DNA of 58,410 bases from Candidatus Pelearchaeum maunauluense (GTDB lineage Archaea; Thermoproteota; Nitrososphaeria_A; Caldarchaeales; Caldarchaeaceae). The stretch is taken from NCBI GenBank assembly GCA_030059675.1, contig JANVYQ010000009.1, forward strand, positions 1-58,410. Direction: 5' to 3'. The position numbers were made by a program, and so were the translations under genes. Below, piece by piece: positions 26,501 to 35,561 of this stretch. Within the stretch, counting starts at the first letter, position 1; every line of letters begins with the position of its first letter. The notes below the pieces were generated by a model. That model had not been told where the DNA came from, ran no database searches, and worked only from the letters and a program-made list of their open reading frames with translations.

Positions 26501-28411
26501 CTAGGATTGGTGCAGGACTATCGTCTCCAAGTTGCGCGGCGCGTATATGTTAGCTGGCATTATCTTGGACGCTGCATTAGCTAGGCTCTGTATGGCCTCC
26601 TCCTCGCCGTGCACTAGAATTATGTTCCTAGGCCTAGGTGTTATCCTGCATAGGTAGTTGAGCAGTTGCTGCCGACTACTATGGCCTGAGAAGCCATCAA
26701 CCTTCTGAACCTGCATACGCACTTGCAGCAGCTCGCTCCTCCCCTCCTCGTCGATTAGAGTAACCTCCCTAACGCCCTTGAGAATCTTCCTTCCCAACGT
26801 TCCCTCAACCTGGTAGCTGACGAAGAGGAGGAGGTTCTTCTCATCGTCAGCAAACCCTCGGAGATACTTCAGTATAGGTCCTCCCTCCAACATGCCTGAT
26901 GTGGAGATTATCACCGCAGGCCCCTGGCTGTTCAGCACCTCCTCGCGCTGCGACTGGCTCTTGATTGGCGTGAAGTATTCTGAGAGGAAGATGTTCTCTC
27001 CTGAGCGGAGGCGTTGCTGGAGCTCTCCAGCCAGGTAGTCTGGGAACGCGGTGTGTATCGCTGTCGCTTCTATAACCAGGCCGTCAAGGAATACTGGGAC
27101 TTCAACCAGCTTGCCCTCTTCAAACAAGCTGTTAAGCACGAGCATTATCTCCTGCGCTCTCCCTATTGCTGGGACGGGTATCAGAACCTTCCCTCCCTTG
27201 TTTACCGTGTTGGTTATGTACTCGGCGAAGATGTTCTCGCTCTCCTCGCGTGTGAATGGTACTGGGGTGGCGCCGTATGTGCTCTCCATGATAAGCGTCT
27301 CGGCGCGCGGGAACCTGTAGTTGCTAGCATCCAGCGTTCTTGTCTTCTCAAACTTGAAGTCGCCGCTGTAGACGATGTTATGAAGCCCCTCTCCCACGTG
27401 TATATGCACTATCCCGCTCCCAAGTATGTGGCCTGCGTTGTAGAAGGTTATCCTAACGTCTGGGGTTACGTTTGTAACCACACCATACTTGAGCGGTTGT
27501 GTGTGCTGTAACGCTAGCTTGACCTCGTTCTCGGTGTATGGGGCGAAGACGCCTTCCTTACCAGCAACCGAGATGTAGTCCAGCTGCTCCAACGCCATTA
27601 GGGGCACTGTTGGCTCTACGCAGTAGACGGGGCCGCGGTAGCCGTATTTGAAGAGGAATGGGACAAGCCCGGCATGGTCTAGGTGGGCGTGTGATATTAC
27701 TACAGCGTCAAGCCACTCTACCAGGTCTGGCATCACGTCAAAGCGCGGGAACATGTCTATCGGCGCTGAAGCCCCTGCCGAGAGACCGCAGTCCAGCAGT
27801 AACGTGCTCTCCGTCGTCTGGAGCAGAAGAGCAGAACGGCCAACCTGCCTACCAGCGCCGAGCACAGTTATTCTCACATCTTTTATCTCAAAGACTAGCG
27901 GCCTAAAGACGCGCTCGCCTATCCGTCTTAGAATCTCCAGCTTGTCCTTTTGGTCCCAGAAGATAAACTGCTTAATCCTCTCCATCGTCTTTGACTGCAT
28001 CAAGGGCTCGCGGAGGACTCGTATAACCCAGCGCGTCTCGCGTATAAGATTCTTGAGTGTCTCGCTACCCTCTAAGGACGTTATCCTAGGGTCGTTGCTC
28101 TCTATGACAATCTCCCCAAGAGGCTCGTCAAAGATTAGCCTAAAGTTGTTTGGGAGAGTGTTGCGTATAACCTGCTCAGCCTCCTCCTTGGGTAGCCTTA
28201 TATCGGGGTCTGAGCGTATAACCACGCGCTTCTTAATCAGGCTCACAAGCTCTCGCGCAACCTTATCCCTGTCAAAGAATAGCTCCTGGTTTTGCGTGTA
28301 TATCGCTATCCTCGCCCCCTCATACTCTATCCTCGTTATAGTAGGCTCGCGCGGGCTTATCGCTGCAAAATACCTCAATAACTCATTCCTGAGCCTATCG
28401 CTGGCCATCAA
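26501..28411 (-). CDS. fttA: aCPSF1 / FttA beta-CASP ribonuclease with KH domains (transcription termination factor)
   Basis: IEYEG..IAIY KH region; LGAGRQVGRS; SHAHLDH; NAGHILGS; MESTYG; GFSGHS; VHGE. Confidence 0.95.
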   Translation of the reverse strand: MMASDRLRNELLRYFAAISPREPTITRIEYEGARIAIYTQNQELFFDRDKVARELVSLIKKRVVIRSDPDIRLPKEEAEQVIRNTLPNNFRLIFDEPLGEIVIESNDPRITSLEGSETLKNLIRETRWVIRVLREPLMQSKTMERIKQFIFWDQKDKLEILRRIGERVFRPLVFEIKDVRITVLGAGRQVGRSALLLQTTESTLLLDCGLSAGASAPIDMFPRFDVMPDLVEWLDAVVISHAHLDHAGLVPFLFKYGYRGPVYCVEPTVPLMALEQLDYISVAGKEGVFAPYTENEVKLALQHTQPLKYGVVTNVTPDVRITFYNAGHILGSGIVHIHVGEGLHNIVYSGDFKFEKTRTLDASNYRFPRAETLIMESTYGATPVPFTREESENIFAEYITNTVNKGGKVLIPVPAIGRAQEIMLVLNSLFEEGKLVEVPVFLDGLVIEATAIHTAFPDYLAGELQQRLRSGENIFLSEYFTPIKSQSQREEVLNSQGPAVIISTSGMLEGGPILKYLRGFADDEKNLLLFVSYQVEGTLGRKILKGVREVTLIDEEGRSELLQVRMQVQKVDGFSGHSSRQQLLNYLCRITPRPRNIILVHGEEEAIQSLANAASKIMPANIYAPRNLETIVLHQS

Positions 28412-28429
28412 ACCGCAGGCGCCCTCTCC

Positions 28430-29110
28430 CTAGACAGGAGCATACTTGAGATACTGTTTGTAGAGGGGAGCCTTCTCCTCAAGGGACAGCTCCCCATAAC
28501 CCACATCCCGCTTAACATAAGCAACATCAATACTATCCCCAGAGCCAGCATCCCGCCTTATTGACGCCGCCACGGCCTGGAAAGCCAGGTGGACAGCGTC
28601 ATCAAAACTTATGTCGCGGCTGTAGTTAGGCTCCAGCACACCCAGCGCTACTGGGCTTCCAGAGCCAGTGGCTATGAGCGTCTCCTCCGTTACTGAGCCG
28701 AACGGGTCTAGGGTATAGAGGCGGGGGCCCTCGCTGTCTATCCCGCCTATTATGAGCTGGGCTATGTATGGGAAGTAGCGGGAGTTGAACATGAGGGATT
28801 GGGCTAGGCGCGCGACTGCCGAGATGGGCATGGTGTCGCGGCGCATTATCTGGTAGTAGTTTATGTTTGCCCGTAGTATGTCTATGAGGCTCTGCGCGTC
28901 AGCTACGCGGCCAGCGATTGTTATTGCCACGTGTTTATGGAGGGGGTGAACCTTCTTGCCCTTACGGTGCGCAACGAAGAATCCAGCGGTTACGCGCGTA
29001 TCGGTGGCGAAGACGACCGCGTCTCTAGCTATCAAGCCCACAGTTGTGGTTCCTGTCTTGAGAGCCTTGACCCACGCATCACGGTCTTGAGGAAACAAGC
29101 GCAACACCAA
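28430..29110 (-). CDS. psmB: Proteasome beta subunit
   Basis: Propeptide ...LKTG|TTTVG, ATGSGS, RDAGSGD; conserved adjacency to aCPSF1. Confidence 0.95.
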   Translation of the reverse strand: MVLRLFPQDRDAWVKALKTGTTTVGLIARDAVVFATDTRVTAGFFVAHRKGKKVHPLHKHVAITIAGRVADAQSLIDILRANINYYQIMRRDTMPISAVARLAQSLMFNSRYFPYIAQLIIGGIDSEGPRLYTLDPFGSVTEETLIATGSGSPVALGVLEPNYSRDISFDDAVHLAFQAVAASIRRDAGSGDSIDVAYVKRDVGYGELSLEEKAPLYKQYLKYAPV

Positions 29111-29361
29111 GCAGAACTAGCCTGTTCTAGGAATATCCGCTACTCTCGTTGTTTGCGCATTATAAAAGGATTTGCACCTATTCAGCCCCTATGGCACGCG
29201 CCCAACTATAAAAGATATGCCTTAGCCACGCGCTAGCCTCTCCAACTAGCTGGATTTGTGGCCTAGCTACTTCGCGGGGAGTTGGCGAGACGCAGTCCAC
29301 GCATGCTTGCTGTTTAAGACAATTTTAAATAGCTGAGCGGGGAAAGCGGCTCAGAAGGCCT

Positions 29362-30087
29362 ATGACTGAGGAGCAAGATTCAGGCGGCGTTCAGGAGGCT
29401 CAGCAACTCACGGTAGCTACTGACTCGTATGTGTTGATAGACTACACACTCCGCGTCAAGGATACTGGCGAGCTAGTGGATACTACTGTTGAGGAGGAGG
29501 CCAAGAAGGCTGGTGTTTATGACGCTGCGCGCGTGTATGAGCCGCGCCTAGTAGTTCCTGGCAAGGGAATGCTACTCCGCGCAATAGAGGACGAGCTAAT
29601 AGGGATGACTGAGGATAGCTCCAAGAGCTTTGAGATACCTCCAGAGAGGGCTTTCGGCCCCCGCGACGCGTCTAAGATAAAGACGATACCACTACGTAAG
29701 CTGAAGGATGTTGATACTCCAATCACTGTTGGCTCGCGTATAGTGATAGATGGCAAGGAGGGGATTATCAGGACTATAGGCTCAGGCCGCGTTCAGGTGG
29801 ATTTCAACCCCTACCTAGCGGGGAAGACCTTGGTATGCGACGTTACTGTTAGGAAGATAATCACAGACGAGTTGGAGCGCGTGAAGGCAGTAATCCACAG
29901 CAGGATACCAGAGGTGGAGATTGAGAAGTTTGAGATAAAGCTGGAGAAGCCCACGCTCACAATCAAGATACCCGAAGAAGCCCTAACGCTCCCAGCTCTC
30001 CCAATAGCCAAGCGCGTAATGGCGCGGGAGCTGAAGGAGGCGGTCAACGGTATTGAGAAGATTGTCTACGTAGAGGAGTACACGTAG
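29362..30087 (+). CDS. Long-type FKBP peptidyl-prolyl isomerase (SlyD-like)
   Basis: IDYT...DTT.EE.AK, IPPERAFGPRD, GRVQVDFNPYLAGKTL. Confidence 0.92.
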   Translation: MTEEQDSGGVQEAQQLTVATDSYVLIDYTLRVKDTGELVDTTVEEEAKKAGVYDAARVYEPRLVVPGKGMLLRAIEDELIGMTEDSSKSFEIPPERAFGPRDASKIKTIPLRKLKDVDTPITVGSRIVIDGKEGIIRTIGSGRVQVDFNPYLAGKTLVCDVTVRKIITDELERVKAVIHSRIPEVEIEKFEIKLEKPTLTIKIPEEALTLPALPIAKRVMARELKEAVNGIEKIVYVEEYT

Positions 30088-30433
30088 TGAATGCTGCTAG
30101 GAGCAGTATTAGGAGAGTTATCTGGAGTATGCTTCCCGTTATGAAGATGGCTGATTGGATTAGTAGTCCCTGCTCTATGAATGCATAGTGCGCGCGGCTT
30201 GTTAGTGATGCTGTTAGTGTTATGACCGCCGTTATCGCTGCTGCTGGGTAGGCCTGCCACACGCCCTTTATAGCTGCCAGCGTTATCGCGGTGTAGGCTA
30301 CTGTTCCGATTGTTATGGATGTGAATAGCCATCTCGGAACTACTGGATACGCAACAACCATGAACACGAAGCCCAGCACGGTGCTGGCTACTAGGCAGGC
30401 CAGCACGGCCTTCAGAAGATAGCCGCGAGCCAT
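30044..30433 (-). CDS. Small 4-TM membrane protein
   Basis: Four hydrophobic segments; convergent overlap with the FKBP 3' end. Confidence 0.65.
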   Translation of the reverse strand: MARGYLLKAVLACLVASTVLGFVFMVVAYPVVPRWLFTSITIGTVAYTAITLAAIKGVWQAYPAAAITAVITLTASLTSRAHYAFIEQGLLIQSAIFITGSILQITLLILLLAAFTTCTPLRRQSSQYR

Positions 30434-30514
30434 AACGCCTAACCCACCTATCTAGACGAAATAAATACCCTTAGCATCTTTAAAGTCTAGTAGGCGCGTC
30501 TCACCAAGGTAGGA

Positions 30515-31822
30515 ATGAGGGGTTACTGGATTAGAGACGAGTCTCTGGCGGAGCAGGGGCGTAGGAAGATAGAATGGGCCGAGGCCCAGATGCCTGTTCT
30601 CCGCATGGTTAGGGAGGAGCTCTCAGCGAGTAGGGAGCTTGAGGGTGTTAGGGTTTCGGCGTGTCTGCACATAACTAAGGAGACAGCAGTCTTGGTGCGC
30701 GCTCTCCGCGCTGGAGGGGCTGAAATAGCTCTATGCGCCTCAAACCCCCTAAGCACGCAAGACGAGGTAGCAGCGGCGCTGGCTGCGGAGGGAATCCACG
30801 TATACGGCTTCCGTGGAATGAACCACGAAGAATACTACCGCTGCATAGGGCTGGCGCTCTCGCACAGCCCGACATACACCGTAGACGACGGCGCAGACCT
30901 GGTTACCTCTATACATAAGATTAGGCTTAACAGGCTTGACGAGGCGGCTGCGCTGGTTAAGTCTGTCGTCGGTGACGTGGCGCGCCTCGCCGATGTTAGA
31001 GGTGGCACGGAGGAGACCACGACTGGGGTTACCAGGCTTAGAACCATGGCTGAGGAGAGGCTGCTGCTCTACCCCATAATAGCTGTGAATGACGCTAGGT
31101 CAAAGAGCCTGTTTGACAACCCGATAGGTACTGGCCAGTCAGCCCTTGATGGGATATTGAGGGCCACTAACCTTTTGATAGCTGGGAAGAATGTGGTGGT
31201 GTGTGGCTTCGGCAGGGTTGGTGAGGGGATAGCGGAGCGCGCGAGGGGCTTGGCGGCGCATGTTACGGTTGTTGAGCCAGATCCCATTAAGGCGCTCAAG
31301 GCTTACATGAGCGGCTTCCGCGTGGATAGCATGAAGAACGCAGCGCGCTACGGTGATGTCTTCATAACGGCCACTGGAAACATCAACGTAATTCGCGGCG
31401 AGCATTTTAACGTGATGAAGGACGGCGCTGTACTGGCTAACGCTGGCCACATGGATGTGGAGATTGCGAAGGACGAGCTACGTAAGCTTGCTGTTGGCGT
31501 TGAGGAGATTAGACCATGCCTTGAGCGATACACACTCAACGATGGGCGTAGGATATACCTCCTGGGAGAGGGGAGGCTCGTAAACCTAGTATGCGCTGAG
31601 GGGCATCCATCGGAGGTGATGGACCTCTCCTTCTCGCTCCAGGCCGAGTCTATACGCTATCTTAACAGGCTTGATGGTAAGCTTGAGACGCGTGTCCATC
31701 TGGTTCCAGAGGAAGTGGATAGGCGAGTGGCGAGGCTCAAGCTGAAGAGTCTTGATGTTGAGTTGGAGGAGCTTACCGAGGAGCAGCTACGCTACATGCG
31801 CGAGTGGGCTATGGGAACTTAG
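30515..31822 (+). CDS. ahcY: Adenosylhomocysteinase
   Basis: CLHITKETAVL, SNPLSTQD, DDGADL, EETTTGV, FDNPIGTGQS, GEGRLVNL..AEGHP. Confidence 0.97.
   Translation: MRGYWIRDESLAEQGRRKIEWAEAQMPVLRMVREELSASRELEGVRVSACLHITKETAVLVRALRAGGAEIALCASNPLSTQDEVAAALAAEGIHVYGFRGMNHEEYYRCIGLALSHSPTYTVDDGADLVTSIHKIRLNRLDEAAALVKSVVGDVARLADVRGGTEETTTGVTRLRTMAEERLLLYPIIAVNDARSKSLFDNPIGTGQSALDGILRATNLLIAGKNVVVCGFGRVGEGIAERARGLAAHVTVVEPDPIKALKAYMSGFRVDSMKNAARYGDVFITATGNINVIRGEHFNVMKDGAVLANAGHMDVEIAKDELRKLAVGVEEIRPCLERYTLNDGRRIYLLGEGRLVNLVCAEGHPSEVMDLSFSLQAESIRYLNRLDGKLETRVHLVPEEVDRRVARLKLKSLDVELEELTEEQLRYMREWAMGT
31718..31743. repeat. Exact 26-nt direct repeat, copy 1 (copy 2 at 32103-32128)
   Basis: GATAGGCGAGTGGCGAGGCTCAAGCT occurs in both ahcY and the RPA-like gene. 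Confidence 0.9.
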
Positions 31823-31823
31823 G

Positions 31824-33218
31824 ATGTTGGATTATGAGGAGCTGGTCTCTAAGGTTCTTGAGAAGCGCCGCGACCTGAGCCGCGAGGAGCTGGAGAGGCT
31901 AGTAGATAAGATGACGCGCGAGATGCCCTTCCTCAACAGAGCTGGCGCTCTCCTCATACTGCTGGGCGAGGCGGGCGCAGGCTCCGAGGTGGGCGAGGCT
32001 AGGGACTACTCGCTCACAAACATAGCAGGGCTAACCCCAGGGCTGGGGCGGGTGAATATCAGAGGCCGCGTAATCTCCATCGGCTTTATGCAGCTCTCCG
32101 AAGATAGGCGAGTGGCGAGGCTCAAGCTAGGAGATGGAACTGGGAAGGTTGAGGTAGTTTGCTGGGATGAGAAGGCCGAGCAACTAGCTGGGCTTCAGCT
32201 AAAGCCAGGAGACATAGCCGAGGTGCGCGCAGGCTATACACGCATAAGCCAGCTAACGGGACGTGTGGAGGTTCATGTAGGTAAGCAAGGCTCGGTTGAG
32301 AGAAGTATGGACGACGCTGGCATACCACCGCTCACGAAGCTATTCACACCAGTCTCGGAGGCGCTCGCTAGCGGTGAGGATATGGTAGACCTGCTCGGCG
32401 TGGTTCTCTACCTAGGCAAGCAGCGTGAGGTGAGCGTGGAGGGGGGCGAATCATCGCTGGCCGAGATTATCCTGAGCGATGGACATGGCGAGTGCCTGCT
32501 GACAGTCTGGGAGGAGCCGCTGAGCCACCTCACGGATATCAAGCTTATGGACGTTGTTATGGTCTCGCAGGTACGGCGTAAAGATGAAGGCTTCGCAACA
32601 ACCACGCGCTCGCAGATACTCAAGCCAGCTAAACACGAATTTGAAGAGCTGGTGAGGAGCGCTGAGCAGCGTGTCATTCGCGGTGGAAGGTATCTAGTCC
32701 TTGACCGCGTTGATACACCATCGCGTAGTGTGATAATCTGTACAGACGGCTCTGGGGTCCTCCGTATGGAGGGCGATCAAGAGTTTAGGCGCGGTGATTG
32801 CTTCAAGGCTGGTTATGCGGTAAAGCTGGGGAGGCGCGGCAAGACCTACCTATACGCCAGCGACATCTCGCAGATAGCGCGCGAAGGATGTGAGGGTGTT
32901 AGGTTCTCTCCCACCAAGATAAGACTTGAGCAGAGCCCAGAACCAGCAATTGACGTAATAATAACAGGAACCATAACGGGGAAGACACCGCTCTCCAAGA
33001 CAGACACACGCTACGGAGAGCGGGAAGTCATCCACTTCTGGCTAAAGCAGGGAGAGAAGGTCATAAGCGGCTCAGCATGGGGCGGAAAAGCCATAGAACT
33101 AGACAAAATACCCGAAGGAACCAACGTGGAACTACGCTGGGTAAGCCTAAGGCTAAACAAATACAACGAGTTAGAGCTCAGGCTAGACCAAGACTCTGTA
33201 ATAGAGACACTAAATTGA
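31824..33218 (+). CDS. Multi-OB-fold ssDNA-binding protein (RPA-like)
   Basis: N-terminal helical cap, then 'IAGLTPG...VNIRGRV...LGDGTGKVEVVCWD' and further OB repeats (ILSDGHGECLLTVWE; SGSAWG); ATG at 31824 just after the ahcY stop. Confidence 0.8.
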   Translation: MLDYEELVSKVLEKRRDLSREELERLVDKMTREMPFLNRAGALLILLGEAGAGSEVGEARDYSLTNIAGLTPGLGRVNIRGRVISIGFMQLSEDRRVARLKLGDGTGKVEVVCWDEKAEQLAGLQLKPGDIAEVRAGYTRISQLTGRVEVHVGKQGSVERSMDDAGIPPLTKLFTPVSEALASGEDMVDLLGVVLYLGKQREVSVEGGESSLAEIILSDGHGECLLTVWEEPLSHLTDIKLMDVVMVSQVRRKDEGFATTTRSQILKPAKHEFEELVRSAEQRVIRGGRYLVLDRVDTPSRSVIICTDGSGVLRMEGDQEFRRGDCFKAGYAVKLGRRGKTYLYASDISQIAREGCEGVRFSPTKIRLEQSPEPAIDVIITGTITGKTPLSKTDTRYGEREVIHFWLKQGEKVISGSAWGGKAIELDKIPEGTNVELRWVSLRLNKYNELELRLDQDSVIETLN

Positions 33219-33259
33219 GGTTTAAGTAGTGACTTTAAGGGCTGTGTGCTGAGCTTCGG

Positions 33260-34495
33260 ATGCTAATAATCGCTATGTTGAAAGGCGTTCCAGCCAAGAC
33301 GACTGGTGTTATCACCGTATCTGGCGTGCTCAGGCGCGAGGAGATGGAGCTAGTGATGAACCCGCATGACACGCGAGCGCTTGAGGCAGCGTACTATCTC
33401 AAGCGAAGAGTCGGGGGCAAGGTTATTGGCCTTAGCATGGGGCCTGAGCCTAAGCTTGTCCCGATAATGAACGACCTGTATGAGCCGAGTCAGGAGAGTA
33501 GGCTGGTTCCGCGTATGCCGATATACGGCGTGGATGAGAATGTCCTCTTGAGCGATAGGCGTATGGCTGGCGCAGACACCCTAGCCACAGCATACGCGCT
33601 CGCCAAGGGGATACACAGGATAATCCAGCTCCACCAAGAAGCGCTTGATGGGCTCATAGAGCTGGTAAGGAACAACGCGCCGCCAGCAGAGGTGGAGGGC
33701 AAGGCGCGCGAGCTATACAACGAGAACATGCTCCCCAACAAGGTATACTCAACACTCCCAACCGTAAAGGAGAGCTACGTTAAGCTCTTTGTGGAGGGCA
33801 GGATAGACAGGGAGGAGCTTCTTGAGAAGCTGGAAGAAGCACGTAGGGATTTGATAAACTTCATAATCCTGGCTGGTATGAAGACCTCCGACGGGGAGAC
33901 TGGAAACACAGGCCCGCAAACCGCCGAGGGGCTGAGCGAGTTTCTGGGAATCACGATACCCCACGCCGCGTTCGTGGTTGATTTTGAGGTATCGCCAGAG
34001 GAGAACTCCGTGATAGCTGAGCGGAAGCTGGGTAATCTGCTGCAGAAGCTTAGGATACCTATACCTTGCCTGCTCACCCTGCACACAGAATACACCCCGC
34101 GCGTTCCTCCAGCAAGCGTGCAGAAGCGGGTCAGGCTAAACAATTACCGCGGCCAGCTAAGGAAGATACGCATATGGGACGCGACATACATAGGCGCAGA
34201 CCCAGAGAAGCTGGGATTCGCAGGCTCGCCCACTATTGTAGGCCCAGGGATGGAGATAGGCAGGCCACCAGTCCAGAAGGTAGTGGGGAAGACGCTGGTC
34301 TTCAAGCAGGATATGGATAGGTTTGAGTGGAATGGAAAGAGATATGGCCCGTTCAAGAAGTATGACCCTGTGGGCGGTTTGCCTGAAGAGCTTGTTAGGG
34401 AGCTGGAGAGTAAGGGGCTTCTGGAGGTCTTCACGCTCAAGCACATGATTGAAGAGCTGTTCGGGGGTTTGCAGGTTGTCGCTAGAGCAGTATAG
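33260..34495 (+). CDS. fixA: Electron transfer flavoprotein beta subunit (FixA) with large insertion and C-terminal extension
   Basis: KGVP, MNPHDTRALEAA, LSMGP, LSDRRMAGADTLATAYALA, DGETG..GP, GFAGSPTIV. Confidence 0.9.
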   Translation: MLIIAMLKGVPAKTTGVITVSGVLRREEMELVMNPHDTRALEAAYYLKRRVGGKVIGLSMGPEPKLVPIMNDLYEPSQESRLVPRMPIYGVDENVLLSDRRMAGADTLATAYALAKGIHRIIQLHQEALDGLIELVRNNAPPAEVEGKARELYNENMLPNKVYSTLPTVKESYVKLFVEGRIDREELLEKLEEARRDLINFIILAGMKTSDGETGNTGPQTAEGLSEFLGITIPHAAFVVDFEVSPEENSVIAERKLGNLLQKLRIPIPCLLTLHTEYTPRVPPASVQKRVRLNNYRGQLRKIRIWDATYIGADPEKLGFAGSPTIVGPGMEIGRPPVQKVVGKTLVFKQDMDRFEWNGKRYGPFKKYDPVGGLPEELVRELESKGLLEVFTLKHMIEELFGGLQVVARAV

Positions 34496-35561
34496 GGATG
34501 TTTGGGTTTATCTAACCCGCGAGGACGGTAAGCTCACACGGCCATCGCTGGAGCTCATCGCAGCTGGTAGGAAGGTAGCCGACAAGATAGGACAGCGTGT
34601 AGTTGCAGTCATGCTGGGATACCAACTGGGCGACGCTCCCAACGAGGCGATAGCGCGGGGTGCTGACGCGGTGATATACGCCGATGAGCCCTGGCTGAAG
34701 AACTACCTCTGCCTCCCCTACACCCGCGTCCTAGTAGAGATGTGCAGACAATACAAGCCCTATGCGTTCCTATTCATAGCAGACGAGCTTGGCCGCGACC
34801 TCTCGCCTAGGGTTGCGTATAGGCTGAAGACGGGGTTGGCCACGGATAACATAGACCTGGAGGTTGAGGACTACTACTTCGGGAAGGACAACACCACATA
34901 CAAGAATGTCCTGGCCCAGATTAGGCCAGACTTCGCCACGCGCGTGGCGAAGATATACACCCCGCGGCACAGGCCGCAGATAGCTAGCATAAGGCCTGGG
35001 AACTTTGAGCCCCTGCCACACGACGAGAGCAGACAGGGGGAGCTGATACGCTTCCAGCCCAGCCCCGTTGAGGATGACTTTAAGGTGGAGATTATAGAAG
35101 AGAAGACTCTACCCAAGAGCGCCGTTGACCTAGAAAATGCTAAGGTGATTATCAGCCTTGGTCTTGGGATATTGAAGGACGGGGAGGGCAGGCCTAGGAA
35201 TCCACGCGAGGGGCTTAAGCTGGCTGAGGAGCTTGCAGAGCTACTACGCGAGCGTTATGGTCTTAAGGTTGAGATAGGTGCTACGAGAGCATTAATTTAC
35301 GCCGAGCTGAAGGAGCTTGAGGGCATCATCACCAAAGAGAGGCAAGTAGGCCAGACAGGAAAAACAGTAGCACCAGACATCTACATAGCATTAGGAATAA
35401 GCGGAGCAGTGCAGCACCGCGTAGGGATGATAAGGTCAAAGAACATAGTGGCGATAAACACAGATCCCAACGCCCCGATATTTAATATAGCCCACTACGT
35501 AATCAACGACGACCTCTATAAGGTTGTTCCGCAACTAATCTCACACCTGCGCGGACAGTGA
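34476..35561 (+). CDS. fixB: Electron transfer flavoprotein alpha subunit (FixB)
   Basis: GRDLSPRVA, QVGQTGKTVAPDIYIALGISGAVQHRVGM, AINTDPNAPIF; TTG start at 34476 inferred. Confidence 0.93.
   Translation: MSLEQYRDVWVYLTREDGKLTRPSLELIAAGRKVADKIGQRVVAVMLGYQLGDAPNEAIARGADAVIYADEPWLKNYLCLPYTRVLVEMCRQYKPYAFLFIADELGRDLSPRVAYRLKTGLATDNIDLEVEDYYFGKDNTTYKNVLAQIRPDFATRVAKIYTPRHRPQIASIRPGNFEPLPHDESRQGELIRFQPSPVEDDFKVEIIEEKTLPKSAVDLENAKVIISLGLGILKDGEGRPRNPREGLKLAEELAELLRERYGLKVEIGATRALIYAELKELEGIITKERQVGQTGKTVAPDIYIALGISGAVQHRVGMIRSKNIVAINTDPNAPIFNIAHYVINDDLYKVVPQLISHLRGQ

Noticed and set aside
27648-28433. Long antisense ORFs (also 12772..13491, 48995..49642, 50409..51227 and others)
   Set aside because: Shadows of conserved genes on the opposite strand
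29225-29300. Possible structured ncRNA between psmB and the FKBP gene
   Set aside because: Only partial pairing (TCCAACT / AGTTGG); no C/D or H/ACA boxes recognised
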